A stretch of DNA of 64,000 bases, taken from the NCBI RefSeq assembly GCF_009914755.1, contig NC_060933.1; one strand, written 5' to 3'. Source of the stretch: the human T2T-CHM13v2.0 reference genome, Homo sapiens. Positions 1-14,710 of the stretch are shown in pieces; the stretch's first letter is position 1, and each line of letters opens with the position of its first letter. Both the position numbers and the translations under genes were made by a program. The notes beneath the pieces are model-generated. The model made no database searches. It was not told where the DNA came from and saw nothing but the letters and a program-made list of their open reading frames with translations.

Positions 1-997
1 GGAATATTCAGAAGATATTGAACCTTGATTTTCCCTGGCTCTTTCCTATATTCTAGGTTTCTCCTGTTTTCAAGGAATTAACAGCCCAGTTTGGGAGAAA
101 GAAGCAACACAACTGAAACAGAATAATTTGATGTGAAATGCAGTGTGCCAACTAAAAATGCATTACTGCTTCCAATATGGGAGACTGGGCTGGACCAGTC
201 ACACTGGACCTAAAAGAATTGCTGGCACCAGTCGATTATTAAAACGGGCAGGGAAAAGAAAGGGGCCTCACCACTCACGATTGTAAAAGTGAACAGTCAA
301 CAAGCAGTCATCCACTTGTCTGGCAAAACAGCAAGGTGTACACCACTTCCAAGGTCTCAGGCAGGGAGTGTCTCCTTATTCTCTCATTCTGGTCTGTGTT
401 TGACTTTGCTTTGCTTTATTAGAAACCAAATTAAAATGCATACTATGTAAAATAAAATGGAAGAGTCACTATTGGCTGGTGAATTTGGACAGTTTAGATA
501 ATTCTGAACAAATTAGATTTTGAGAAATGAAATTTACTCTGTAGAAACTGAAACTGTAACACAGAATGGTAAGGAAATCACAGACTCCATGTTTTTTCTG
601 AAGGGGCAGGACGCTAACTTAGCCAGAGACTTCTGTGATTTGTAGGGGGCCAGCAGTGCTTTACTTGTCATACCAATCAAACATAACCTACATATATTCC
701 CATCAGGAAATTTTCCATTCGGGGAATATTTTTCCACAAACATTCTGTTTAAACAAAATTTCAAAATCATAGTGAGACTTTCCTAATGAAATCTGCCTCC
801 AAAAATAAGCAGTAAATGTTAGTGGTTCACATGACTGCAGGACCCACCATATGGCATTCACGTGCCTGAGATGCTGGTGTCCATCACTGGAGGAAACTGC
901 TTAGTTGAAACTACCATGTTGGAAACCATCTACCAATAGAACATGATTGGTTTTACATTACACAATAAAAGGGGAGAACCTTATCATACATCCTTCT

Positions 998-1316
<319 letters not shown>

Positions 1317-2794
1317 TAGAAAGGGCTATCATCCCCAATGTATTTCAAATTCAATTCACTTGAAAGGGAATTTAATCTAGATATAATTCCCTAAGAATCC
1401 ATTTTTAGGAGGAAGCCTGTACTTTGTAAGTACTCTATTTGAAAGCCATGTGACTTGTAATACCTGACATGGGAACCCAAAACAAACACCCCAAGGTTGA
1501 ACGAATTTCTCAAAGTGTGTCTTATTGGATAGAAAGGAAGGAGATAGCATGGATACACAGTTCCCACTGAAGTCATGAGTAGCTGTGAGGATGTGCAGAT
1601 CCACCTAGGCCACATTCTCTCCCTGTTGCCAAAGAAATTCTTAATACTTTTTACTAAAAAGAAGAAAGCTTGTATCATATAAGATTTCTCTTTGTATAAA
1701 TCTTTTAAGATTTGAAATTTTTTGACCCCAGTTAAATCTTCTAAGTCCCAAGATTAGGCAGCTAGAGTACATAAAAAAGCGAATAGTTATTGAAGAGAGG
1801 CTCCTCACCTCCCCTCAAAATTCTAGCCTATTAGATTCTCTAATTATAGAATACAGGTACTATTTTAAGTGTTTGGCCTTTTAGTCGTAGGAGAAGTACG
1901 TTGCTAGGATAAAAGCAAATGGTTCCTGAAGGCTCTTGAGTGTTTATTTTCTTTATGATAATATAGTCACAAGGGATTGACAAGACTGCTCTAATTTGAG
2001 GACCCAGACACTTCACGAGTTGAATTCATTTCCATTAAGATAATTTAACTAGGCCTTTAAAAAATATTCCTACTTTATAAAGCAAGGAAGATCTGTGCTC
2101 TTCCTGAGAACAAAGGGATTATCACACTCACTCGCCATTTGAACTGTCTGTCCATGTTCACTTTTAAATTGTATGGAAACTGATCTTCTATTACTACAGC
2201 TCACTACAACTTTGAGCCCTAGAAGGAAAAGTAGATGGCTTTTTAAACTTCAACTTCTGTTTTAATAAAAATATTTGTTTTGTTTTTAAAAAGAATAGAA
2301 TGGGAAACTGCAATTTTTTTTTTTTTTTTGATTAGGAGAAAACTTTGCTCTTCAGCCACAAGATGATAAACAAAACAATAATCTGAGCCCTTAGGTCAAC
2401 TCACTGTATTAAAAATAAAGCAGCAAATAGGAAATACATAGCTTAAATAATAATGAATGATAGAAGAAGGATGCATGACGCCTACTAAACATTTTATCAG
2501 ATGCTGCGGAATACAATGAGAAGCATTTTACAATCACTATCTTATTTAATCCTTACTATGAGGTAAATAATATAATTATTACATTCAACAGATGAAGTTT
2601 TTCTCTTTGAAACAAAAAAGTGATGTCAAATTTACCACTGTCCTTTAGCAACAGAGAGGTTCTTTTCTACTTTTCTTTTCTCGTTATCTGCCGTACACAC
2701 TCACATGGGATGTTATGACTGGACTAACAGGTGAACAATCCTTAGACATAACTTTTCCTCAAATGTGTGACCCAAAGTAATACCACATGAAGTT

Positions 2795-2970
2795 ATCCTC
2801 TCAGTGTTTCCAGCACTACCTGTGTCATTAATCACCTGGTATGTTCATTAAAACACAAATTCCTGGGCCACTCAATAAATGCAGACTCAGAATCACCAGG
2901 AGGGCCTGGGAATCTGCATGTTTACAAGCTCCATGGGTCATTGTTAGGCATGTTAAATAATGGAAACCCC
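2795..2970. mobile_element. MER5-type hAT-Charlie DNA transposon relic
   Basis: MER5A/B-like motifs aatcacctgg...aaattcctgggcc...cagaatc...ggcctgggaatctgcat. Confidence 0.6.
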
Positions 2971-3611
2971 GGCCTCTACATTATTCATGCCCCATACTCT
3001 CTTTTGCACATAACTCAGATGTCTTGTTTTTTTTATATGCACTACATCTTATAAGATGAACACAAGCATACAAAAGCACTTTATGTGCTAAATATATGAT
3101 GCATTTTTTTTCTCAAACATGTATTTGGCACTAGAATTTCAGAGGTATTTCTTAAATTGAAGTCATAGCATACAATAGGAAAAAGAATTATTGGGGTATA
3201 TGTGTGTGCACATGACAAATATTGTTAATCCACCAGCCCACATATCACTAGAGATGCACACAACTCCCTCTCCATGGAATTTTACTTCCCCAACAATAGC
3301 TTCAGAATGAAAAATGGCCCTCCAGGGTTTCAAACCAATGAAAGGAACCCAAGTTCCTTTAAGACCTCAAATGAGTGTACATGGCCAAGCAAAACCTGAC
3401 AATTTCCTTTTCTTCCCCCTTAACTTGGCAGGTAAATATCAAAGAAGAAAATGGCTCTAAACTTCATAAGTATCTATCAAAAACATAAAAGAGCCTATTT
3501 ATCCTAAAAGACACTTTTAGCATTTTTGAGTCTTACCTGATCAAATTCAACATAATAAAACATAAAATAGTATAATGGCTTACTTATGTTAGCAAGATGC
3601 TCAATATTAAA

Positions 3612-3905
<294 letters not shown>

Positions 3906-6569
3906 GTATTGAAAATTTTTAAAGCCCATCAGGGAATAAAATTATTTAACTCATTCCCAAAGTGGGGTAAAAAAAGAAAAGAAAAAGATATTAAGTAATT
4001 TGGTGGTATATAGATAGAACATACCAGACAAGGTAGTAAATAGTCAGGGCTTTTTGTATATAGAAGAATGTATTTTACGTTATTCAACATCCACCACTTA
4101 AGTAAGACTTAATATCAAAAAAAAATATGATTCAGAACTTGTGTGTGTCCTACTGGATCCGCACAGTCAAACTCTGCAAGGTCAAGGCCATGGCATTTAC
4201 TGTGCATTTTGTCCTCACCACTACCTGTTCGTCTCCTGCCAAGTTCTCTAAGGATAATGAACGTAGAGGAACAGAGAAGAAAACATCTCTCTTGAATCAG
4301 ATCTTTTTCGTGGAAGTTCTCCTCAGTGTGTCAATGCTGGAGGCATTTCTCCTCTAGCCATCCAGCCCCTTTGAAAATGTCTTTCCTCTTCTGCTTTTTC
4401 ATTTCCTGTGTTATTACAATTATTGGCTGCTTCTCCTGCAAATCACCCTGACAACAGTCCTAGCCAAGTACAGTTGCACTGCATAATATTTATTATTATA
4501 TACTAACCTATTCTTTTCCAAGCTTTACTTATTAATTTCATGCTAATTTCCCAATATGTATTAAAGATTATTTATTTAGGCTACTTTTATATCTAAATAC
4601 ACACAGCTGGGAAAATCTTCCCTTCTTGACTTTCTATCACATTCTTGCAGCTAATAAAACTGCTCTCTGAACATACTAATAATATGAACAATATAGGTGG
4701 GATCATTTTCTCATTTTCCTCAATTCTTTAACAGGTACATCTATGACAGTTCAATCTATGGGGGCATTTGAAATAAAAAGCAAAAGCAGGTTTCCTTTGT
4801 GAGAACGTAGGCCAAAGAGTAGTAGAAGAAAGCACGGTTAAAATCTTTCAGGCCTCACTCATTTGCCCGTTACTATACAAGGTATAAAAAATTCAGAAGC
4901 AATTCATTCAGGCCCCCACTGAATGAACACAGATCAACAGCACCACAGCTTTGCCGCATCTCTCACACCCTTGCCAGGAAATATCAAGCCCCATCATCAG
5001 CTCAGCCAGAATCCAGACAGGCAGCCAGATTTTTAATGCAAATCTCCAGACACCACCATTAGGGGTGCTCTTCGAGATGTTACCATTGTGTGAGTATCAG
5101 AAAAAAAGGGAGGAATACCTCCCATGATGAGATATTGCTATTACCTAAGAACAACAGCTCTCAAACATACCATATGGAACTGGATCAAAGGATAACTAAT
5201 GGGATCAATCAATGTCAGGGTCCAGCATGGGGGTTGCAAGAACACCACTTTACTCAACGCTCATCCTTAGCAAGGGCCTCAAATCTAGACTTTTGGCTTT
5301 CTCTCTATAGGAAAGGAGTGTTAACTTGAAGGAAAACATGTAAACCATACCATAGTTTCATGACTTGGTTTTAACTTTTATTTTCTCCTTTTGTGTTCTC
5401 TTCTCTTTTTCCTCTTCAATATTATCAAAGCCCCAAAAATGGAAGTGACCTGGGCTTCTCTCAGTATCTGTTAGTCCTTGATTCCTTCTGTAATTGGTCT
5501 CTATAATGACACTATTGAGCAGATTCCATGTCTGCATACAGCAGGTGGACTATTTTCTTGCTGTGAAGTGTTAACCTAGAACTAGCCTTTGGCAACATTA
5601 CGAAGGAGGCAAAACATTCTCATGAGCAGTCTCCATTTTTGCTTTTTCTTCTGTCTTGTTGCCCCATTTTTTTCTCCTTATGCTCACTTCCATCTCTGAC
5701 CCATTAAAACTTGCTCTCAGGCAAGGGCCTGACAACAGCTTTACATGCTCATCCAAATTTAATTTCATGTGTTGCTTAGGCCAGAGGAAGGTGCACCTGA
5801 GTCTCATGTGTAACTGATAAAGATGTTTGTTTCACTCTTATAATAAAGGGAGGGAATGAGTAAGAAATAGGCTGTCAACACACATATAGAAACACATACA
5901 CACACAAATACACAAATTAGAGCAGCAGATGCCAAGATGTAGGATGCCCAGCCTAAGACTGGTCAGTCTTCTATAACAAGCAGGCATGCACGCACATGCA
6001 TTGATGAGCTAAGTGCATGCTCAGAGAAACCAAGTGTCTTTTCAAAGATGGCTCTTCAGTGAACTGGAGAGAACTCTTTAGGGTAAAAAAAGTGCTGTGG
6101 GGGAAGCCACACACTCTAATGTAATAAAAATCCAGTGTGTAACTGATGCATGAAAGGAGAGAGGAGATATTAGGAAAAAAATCAGTTCAGAGCAATCCTG
6201 CATATAAAACTAAGTATAACCACAGCTATTCATTTCCACACTTTTCTTCCCTGATTCTGACAACTGAAAAGCATGATCCCATCCCTTTATCTAAAGGAAA
6301 GACATTCGCTTGTAGCAATTCTACAAATATCTTTATTTTCATGTAGAGTAGCAAGAAAACAAAACAGAAACAGTAATAAAACAAAAACCAAAGAAGCTTA
6401 CTTTGGAAGTAGACCCTCTTTGTTTCTTTCTTGGCTGTTTAGGCCAGGTAAGAACTATACTGTTACTGACGTAGACCTGGCTTCTTTTACTCAAAGGCTA
6501 ATTAGGACAGCCTTTGAACAAAGCTTCTCCTGGAGCAATCTAAAGCAAGGTAATGTGACAGAATTCGTG

Positions 6570-6720
6570 TTTATTTATTATGCATCTATTATATGCCAGG
6601 CTCTGTGCTATGAGTTTTATGTGTAGTCTCATTGCATATGACACTGCTTTGGGTAGTCATCTAAATATTTCACAGATCAGGAAACTGAAGCTAGAGAGGT
6701 AAGGCGTCTCATCCTTGAGC
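6570..6720 (-). mobile_element. MIR fragment
   Basis: tatgccaggctctgtgct...tttcacagatcaggaaactgaagctagagaggtaag, a MIR core. Confidence 0.6.
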
Positions 6721-6805
6721 TCAATGGCCACTCTGATGAGCCGGAGCACCTTACATAGAATGGACGTGTGCATGTGAAAAGAATCATAATCACATATTCA
6801 TGGGG

Positions 6806-7225
6806 TATTCATCTCCTAGTACTGCATTAACAAAGTACTGCAAACTGGGTGGCTTAAAACAGCAGAAATGTATTGTCTCACAATATTGGAGGCTACAAGT
6901 TCAGAATTAAGGCCATGCTGTCAGTGAAACTGATAGGGGAATCCTTCTTTGCCTCTTCCTAGCATCTGGTGGTTTGCTGAAAATCTAGTATTCGTTGGTT
7001 TGCAGCTGCATAACTCTAACCTCTGACTTCACGGCATCCTCCACATAGCATTCACCTTGTGCCTCTCAACCTTCACAGGACCATCTTTTTATAAGGATGC
7101 CAATCAGATTAGACTAGGAGCCCATCCTGCTCCAGTATGGCCTCATCTTACTTAATTATATTTGCAATTACCGTATTTCCAAGAAAGGTCACATGCTAAG
7201 CTATGGGAGGTTATGGCTTCAATCT
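6806..7225 (-). mobile_element. MaLR solo LTR (MLT1B/C-like)
   Basis: aacaaagtactgcaaactgggtggcttaaaacagcagaaat...ttttataagga...tttccaagaaaggtcaca are hallmark MLT1 motifs. Confidence 0.8.
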
Positions 7226-8564
7226 AGAAACCATGTTTAGTCCCTAGGTTATTTACTATATCAAAAACATTTCAGAAATTAACTATAGCCAATGCATTTA
7301 AACTATCTGCCAACTATAAAATTTGAAAAATCTAAGTAATCATATTATTAAGGTCACCCACTTCTCTATTTCTTCTTAAATTCATGCTCTCTCTGCTCTG
7401 GTCTTATACTGTATGTTTTTTAAGGCAAATTCTATGTGTAGCTTAGCTTCCTGTCTCCAAGGGCATTTAGTTTGTGAATTTGCCTCCAGAAAGACTGATG
7501 TCCAAAGATGCACTGTATGTAAAAAAATACACAAATAAATCATGGCAATATGTGGTCAGCCCAGACCAAGTTAGGGATGAAGTTTGTTAGGATTTTATGA
7601 AAATGTGTGAGATTACTAATTAGAAATATATTAGAAACAATGTATAGAAAGTATTAGAAACATATTAGGAGCTATTGTTATACTTAGTTCCTGTAAAAAG
7701 AACAGATTTGACTGTCTATAAAATCTTCAAGTTTTTCTTACATATATTATTGTTGGACTGATGCTTTGTACATGAAGATGAGCTAGCAAAAAGTCTCTCG
7801 TTATGTCAACTCATCTATGAACAAATGGGAGCATGTCATGGAGTTTTAAACAGAATCTCATGAACATATTTTCCCTAATAATTAAAAACTCTTCTTAAAA
7901 ATAATACGTGATAGTGTATAATACTTTATCATGTGGGCATAATAATTTTGGGCAAGTTTTAATTTGATTAAATCTTTTGAAAATAAGTCTGATGTGTAAT
8001 TACTAGTATGTTTGATACCAACAATGAACTCACGAAATCTTTAATAGCAATTCTAGAGAGCAGATTAAACAAGCCTTTGAATATCTTTTTAACAGTACTC
8101 AATTTCTTCATAGATTAGATCAAGTTAAACTTCAGTTCATTTAAATTAAATTATCCCCTCATTTCTAATTGGTTAATCTACATTCAAGAGGAGGTATACT
8201 GGCATCATAATTATTTTTTCTACATAGTTTGATCCAACTGAATTCTGTTTCAATACATAGTTTGAAGTTCTCTCTTCCCTCCAGGAAATTCCTACTCACA
8301 GTTCCAACAAAAGTCTACCCACTTCTTATTCCTCCACATCTTCCTGGGTGCTCAGCTCTAAGCAAAGGCCTCCAAAGCTAGAAAAAGGGATGAGAGAATA
8401 GCGAAGGATATGCTCTCTTCGTCTCTTACCCAGGCAGATACCCTTTTTCCCACTGACTCCATCAAGAATTCTGGGAAAAACTGGGATAGGACAATTGGCA
8501 TTAACAAAACTGGAAAACAAAAAACCATTTTAGGAATTAAAACAGTAACAGATTTATTTTAACC

Positions 8565-8834
8565 AAAGGTTTATTTTTATTTAAAAACTATACACTCTTT
8601 ATAAAATAAAAAAACTCAAACAATACAGAAGATTACTAAACAAAATCTAAAAGCCTCCTCTGTTTCCCCATTACCAAAAGCTGGCCACTCCTAATTTTGT
8701 TATTTCTTCAGACATATTCCAAGAATATATGATCATATATATGAACATAGTTTTCATAACACAAAAGAGAACATATTCTCCATATTCTTCTGCAACTCTC
8801 TGAACATATCTTCAAGACAGACAGGCAGACAGAT

Positions 8835-8893
<59 letters not shown>

Positions 8894-9265
8894 CATCGCA
8901 TTTTTTAAAAAAGTTAACCAGTATTCAATTCTATAACTATATCATAATTTATCATTCCTCTTTTGATGAACATTTAGGTTCTTTCCATTTCTTTATATTA
9001 CAGACAACTTTAATAAACATCCTTGCACACCTTCCTGTGGGCACAAGTGCAAGTCTGTCTATACAATACACTTCTGGAAGGAGACGTCCTAAATAACACT
9101 TTTGCTTATGTTTAATTCTTATGGTAAATGTCAAATTGCTTTCCTGAAAGACTGCACCAATTTATACTTCTGGCAGTGCTGTGTTAGAGTGCATGCTCCC
9201 CCACATCCTTGATAACACTGGATACCATCAAGCATCTTCATATTTTCCAATGTGAGTAGGAAAAG
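8565..9265 (-). mobile_element. Old L1 (L1ME/L1MC-like) 3' fragment containing a GATA microsatellite
   Basis: gatgaacatttaggttctttccatttc...aataaacatccttgcaca...caaattgcttt...gcaccaatttatac matches the reverse complement of an old L1 3' region. Confidence 0.7.
8835..8893 (+). repeat. (GATA)14 tetranucleotide STR
   Basis: Uninterrupted GATA run, preceded by GACA-like units. Confidence 0.97.
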
Positions 9266-9684
9266 GAAAATTTTTATATTAAAAATATCAAATTGGCCTA
9301 ATAACAGTGCCCATTTTTAGAGTTGCCATCCATAGGCAGACCACGTGCCTGTAGAGGTTTATATCACTAGAATCACTGTGTACAAGCAATTTTATATTTC
9401 CCCTTCTTGTTTAATCTGTGGATAATATTTTGATGCTACCACATGGTATTTATTATTATAAATACTATAATGATTATTATAATGTTGCATCATAGAAATA
9501 CTCAACCACTGAGTTTGAAGAACCTTGGGAGACAGGGTTTTAGACTTAGTCCAGGAGCTGGGGAAAGAGTTCATGTCTCTCAATTACCTACTGCCCTAAG
9601 GCAGACCTCTCAGCACTGCCCTTCCAGACACTCAAGTCTACCATGATCCAGAAGTCACTATGCTTTCTTACCTGCAAAGAGTCA

Positions 9685-9855
9685 AATTAGCTACTCACTA
9701 GCTTTGTGACAGTGAACAAGTTACTCAACAACTTTTTCCTTTTTTGTCCTTTAAAAGGAAGAAATAATATCTATCTCTTAAAATTGAAACAAGGATTAAA
9801 TAAGAGGATGTATATAAAGTAATAAGCACAGTGGCATATATAGTAAATGTGTAAA
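9685..9855 (+). mobile_element. MIR fragment
   Basis: gctactcactagctttgtgacagtgaacaagttactcaac...aggattaaataag...taaagtaataagcacagtg. Confidence 0.6.
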
Positions 9856-10479
9856 ATTCATATTTGAATATTCTTGTGATATTTTGTGGGCATGTCCATT
9901 GAGGAAAAAGGTCTATTTTACAAATTCAAGACAGAAAGACATTGATTGTTCTCATTCCCAAGCCTTAAATATATAATTTTGAGACTGGTCATCAATATGT
10001 GCCAATACCACTTCAATAAGGATACTTCTGAACATGAGTCAATCAGGAATTGCCTCTCTATGATGTTTAGAATTTCTGGGATAAAGATCAGCCAGTCCCT
10101 AGACTCCTACTTCTAAAAGTCCTTTAAACTCAAACACCCAAAAAGAAAAAGACTTCTCCAAATTCTGCACAAGATCACCCACTTACTTGGTTCACTATGC
10201 TTTAGGAGTAGAGCTTTCCCTTGCTTAATCAACAATATATTCAGCTTTTTGTTTCAAACACTGAGTGGTGGGCTTGTCCTTGAACAGCATATATGGTACA
10301 TTTGTATACGTATGTTGTTTTAAACAAAATTACCTATATGTTACAATACTGGGTACTAACACACGTGCATATACACCCATCCTTAAGCTGCTGTCTGTAT
10401 TGTTCATTTATTGGATGTACAAATTCTTTTGCCCCAAAGACAGGATTATTTGCATGCTGAAACTATCTCAGCTTTTGTG

Positions 10480-10800
10480 TTATAATCCCATCACTCCCAC
10501 GCTCCATTCTACCTGGCCCTTCACAGCTATCACTTTTTCATGTCTTTTTACTTGTCACCAAGCTACCCCTTCTGTCTAGAACTACTGCATCCTCCCCACA
10601 CAACCACTCACTTATCAAATACCTTTTCATCCCTCAAGGCCCAACTGAAACATCTCTTCTACCCCTTAATCCTTATTCCTCCTTTTTCCTTCCCACAACA
10701 CTCTGTATATGTCTCAAGTCAGCTCTTGCTGTATATATCTTATTTGTGTATCTGTCCCCATCCAATGGGATTATATACTTCTTGATAACATATACCTCTA
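10480..10800 (+). mobile_element. L2 3' fragment (degenerate)
   Basis: Pyrimidine-rich, with L2-like motifs (tcatccctcaaggcccaactgaaacatc...tatttgtgtatctgtcccc). Confidence 0.45.
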
Positions 10801-11909
10801 ATGTGGTTTTCAAATCTTCTATCTCCAAGACTTTACATATCAACAGTCATATATAGTGTTTCCACTCACATGTGCTATTCATATAAAAATTTATCTGCAG
10901 CCTATAGCAAGTAGAGAAAAATCTGCCACATCAACAGAGGATTTGTTCTTGTTATCCTGATTTTTGTGTCACTTTTATATATTTCAAGTTACAAACTGAT
11001 TTCCCCAATGGCCAGAGATGTGGAGATTTGAAAGAGCAAACCAAATACCTTTTGTCTAAAAGCGTATGGGCTCAGTGGTGTTGACAGCTTAATATACAAG
11101 GCAGGAGCAGATCCATGTCACTTCACATAGCTGCGCAATGTGGGCAAGGCAGCAATGATACTGTTATCCCCATTTGAGTTGAGATCCGCAAGTATCTAAC
11201 AACTGAACAATTCTACTGAACAAAGCAGGTCAGTCCATCTATTTTTAAAGAACTTGTACAAATACCTAAGTAAATAATAAGCATTAAATTGGTATTTGCT
11301 GAGTGAATACTAGCCTTTTTTATATCAATTAAAACTCCCATTAATATCCAAACATCATATTAAAACTTTTGCTACAGAGACTTAATGTAATTAGTTCAAT
11401 GACAACAATCTTTTCCCACATCCGATAATCTTATTTATAAAATATCTGAAAACATAGAAGTCTTTCAGGTATCTGGGGCTTCCTTATAATGAGGGATGGG
11501 CAGGATGATTAAGAGTAGGATAAAGGGAATGTTTAATTTTGTATAAACATTTCAAAAACTCTTTAGGATCATGTTATAAATTGCCTAAATTCATGTTGTA
11601 CATTTCTTCTTAATATAGGGTCTCCATATCTTCCTTAAAACAGAAAACTATGATACAACTTATTGCAGGATGCCAAGCATTATTAGCCAACTGAATGCCA
11701 TGTCCTCTGTTCTAATCCACCTGTTACATAACCACTCTGATCATTATATTCACCTGGGCAACGTCCTGTAAGGACTCTACGACTTAAAGAATGTGTTCAA
11801 ATTCCTAGACCAGCAATGAAGGCCATTCACAGGTTCCCTGCCAACAAAACACTCTAGTGAAATCTCCTTCTGTTTCACTAGACATAAGCTTCAATCCAAG
11901 CAAAGCAAT

Positions 11910-12130
11910 ATTCATTTTCTGAGCATTTACTATATAAACACCAGACACCGTTTAATAGTTTAGACATATTTTCCCATGCATTCCTTACCATAGGCCCCTA
12001 CGAGGGAGCCATTGTCTTAGATTTAGAAATAAGGAAAGTTAAGTGATACTGTAACTTTCCTAAGGCCACACACTGAAAATAATGTAGCCAGAATTTGAAT
12101 ACTGATTCCAAGCCCTCTTAAACATAAAGC
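11910..12130 (-). mobile_element. MIR fragment
   Basis: ctgagcatttactata...ttcctaaggccacaca...agccagaatttgaa. Confidence 0.55.
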
Positions 12131-13356
12131 TGTATTGAATGGGTCTGTAATTTCTGACTTCATCTCTTCTGTATCTTCAGTGGCCAGCGTGGTGCTGGGT
12201 ACATAGTAGACACTGTACATTTTTGTTTAATAAAACAAGACTCTGTGTCATTATTTATTTGCTTTTTGTCTATAAAGACAAACGCTGCCCACCCTTCTTT
12301 CAAATACCTTTTCAAGTTCACTTTCTTCCACAATGCTTTCCACAGCTAACCTCTCCAGCTCACTTCCATTTCTTCCTAGCTCATGGTCTGTGCTAGAAGC
12401 TTGCAACTAATGCTCTACTTCCTTCCAACACTTATGTATTTGTCGTCCTTCTTTTTCATTTATTTTTGCTCATGTGGTCTCATTAATTCTTAAACTTTGA
12501 GTTCTTTACACTACCCAAATGTCTGGACTCCAGTGACAGCCAATTTAAGCACTTCTGTACTAGACTGTCCTATACTCCCCTGCAAGCCTACAAGATAAAA
12601 ACCATTTTTAAGCATTGCTGTTTTGCCAATTTGGAGTAGTTCTTTTTAAAATATAAACATTTGCTCCCATTGTGGAGCAAATTATTATAAGTTTAATCTG
12701 TACAGAGTCCCTAAAGAAACAACAGAACATATAAAAAAAAAAAAATCACATCGTCAAGGATCAGAAAACTGAAGTGTGACTTTCAGCCACTGGTAGCCTC
12801 TGCTTCAGGGTGATGTCATATCTGTAAGGTTAATTACCTTTGCCTTCCTGACCTGGAGAGTGAATGGGGAGGTAACTATGTGCTTTACTCCCTCACATAG
12901 CACTAAATGGAACATTCTAATAAACATGTTACTTTCTTGCTCTGCTTTTTCAGTCTTCAACTAAAGGAAGAAAAATTTATATCATATACAGTAACCTTTA
13001 CGTCTGAGCTTAAAGAAGGCAGTGGCTTAAATCTTTACGTAAATATATTATAGCAAAAGCACATATTATTAAATAAGACATCCAAACGGTATCATTGTGA
13101 TACTCACCTTTATATAGCATTTTTAATGTTCTTCCAAATCTAGGCTTTTGAAGAGGGGAGATTTGGGAATTTGAATCAATTAAAGAATCTAAGCCTGAGA
13201 AGAGAGTTTGAATGAATACAAGAGAGTAAAATCATGAGAATTATGAAAAGGCATGAAGTTTTGCTCTCTGAAAGCAATTTGGCAATTTAAGGGTCCAGAT
13301 TAAGGACACTAATAAATTAGTAAAAAAATTTTTAAGAGAATTTATGACAGAGAATT

Positions 13357-13819
13357 GTATGTTATCTTTTGACATTTTGATAACAGCCATCCTAAAAAGT
13401 ATGAGCTGATATCTCATTGTGGTTTTTATTTGCATTTCCCTGATGATTAGTGATGTTGAGCATGTTTTCACATACTTGTTGGCTATTTGTATGCCTTCTT
13501 TGGAAAAGTAATTATTCATGTTCTTTGCCCATTTTTTAATTGAGTTATTTTATTTTGCTATTTAGTGTGACTTCCTTAAATATTTTGAATATTAACCCCT
13601 TATCAGATATATGGCTTGAAAATATTTTCTCCCATTCTCTAGGTTGCCTTTTCATCCTGTTGATTGTTTCTTTTGCTATGCATAAACTTTTTAGGTTGAT
13701 GTAGTCCCAATTGTTTATTTGTGCTTCTGTTGCTCATGCTTTTGGCGTCATATCCAAGAAAATCATTGCCAAGACCAGTGCTGTAGAATTTCCCCCTATG
13801 TTTTCTTCTAGTAGTTTTA
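13357..13819 (-). mobile_element. L1 (L1MA-like) ORF2 fragment, inverted relative to the adjoining 3' end
   Basis: ORF 13241-13519 reads [31 protein letters not shown], the L1 ORF2 C-terminal region. Confidence 0.85.
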
Positions 13820-13932
13820 GATGGATATATTAACCAGCTTGATTGTGGTAATTTCACAGTGTATAAATAGGCCAAGACATCATGCTGTCAAATACATATC
13901 ATTTTTGTCAATTAAATCTCAAAGCTGAGAGG
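13820..13932 (+). mobile_element. L1MA8/9-like extreme 3' end
   Basis: gatggatatattaaccagcttgattgtggtaatttcacagtgtata...tttttgtcaattaaatctcaaagctg resembles the L1MA8/9 terminus. Confidence 0.65.
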
Positions 13933-14199
13933 AAATGAATTGTGTATATATGGTGTATGTGTAACTTTAGCTTTAAATTATCTTTAAGGAGATGACATGA
14001 ATGGGTATTTAAAAGCTATTTATGACACTGGAAGCATCTCCCCAAAGCTGACAGGAAATTACTTTGGATTTTATCATGAATCTACTCAATTTTCAAAAGT
14101 CTTTCCTTCATCCCATTTTCTCTATAATGATGTGAAATCATCTCCCTCTCTCATTTCCCCCACGTGGTCATCACTTCCTTTCACTCCCTGCTCTGCTTC

Positions 14200-14710
14200 T
14201 CAGTCCATTTAAGGTCTTCCACCTCCTTGACTCTCCTGTAAATATCTGAAAAAGTCACCAGTGTCCTGTGGGACTCCACTCAGTATTTGACCCTGTTGTT
14301 CATCCTCTTTTCATAATTCTCATGACTTTACCCTCTTCTATTCATTCAAACTCTCTTCTCAAGCTTAGATTCTTTAATGAATTCAAATCCCCAAATCTCC
14401 CATTTCTCATCCTCCTCTTTCTCTACCAGCACCTCCTAAAATATCTATTTTCCCCTATTCAATCTAAATGACACTATCATGCTGCTAACTCCCTTTATAT
14501 CTCCAACCCTCAACTTTCTATTAATCTCCGAAACTGAAATTTATCTATTAAATCTGTCCACAAAATCTTACTATTACTTCAAACTCTGTAAGTCCAAAAC
14601 AAAACACAAAATTGTCCTTTTTGTTCTCCAAACTTAACTTTTCTATTCTCTTGTATTACTGAGTCAGTGGATGATGTTACCATCCACCGGATTCCAAGTA
14701 AGAAATCTAA
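14200..14710 (+). mobile_element. L2 fragment
   Basis: Pyrimidine-rich L2-like segment (gctaactccctttatatctccaaccctcaa...caaactctgtaagtccaaaac). Confidence 0.45.
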
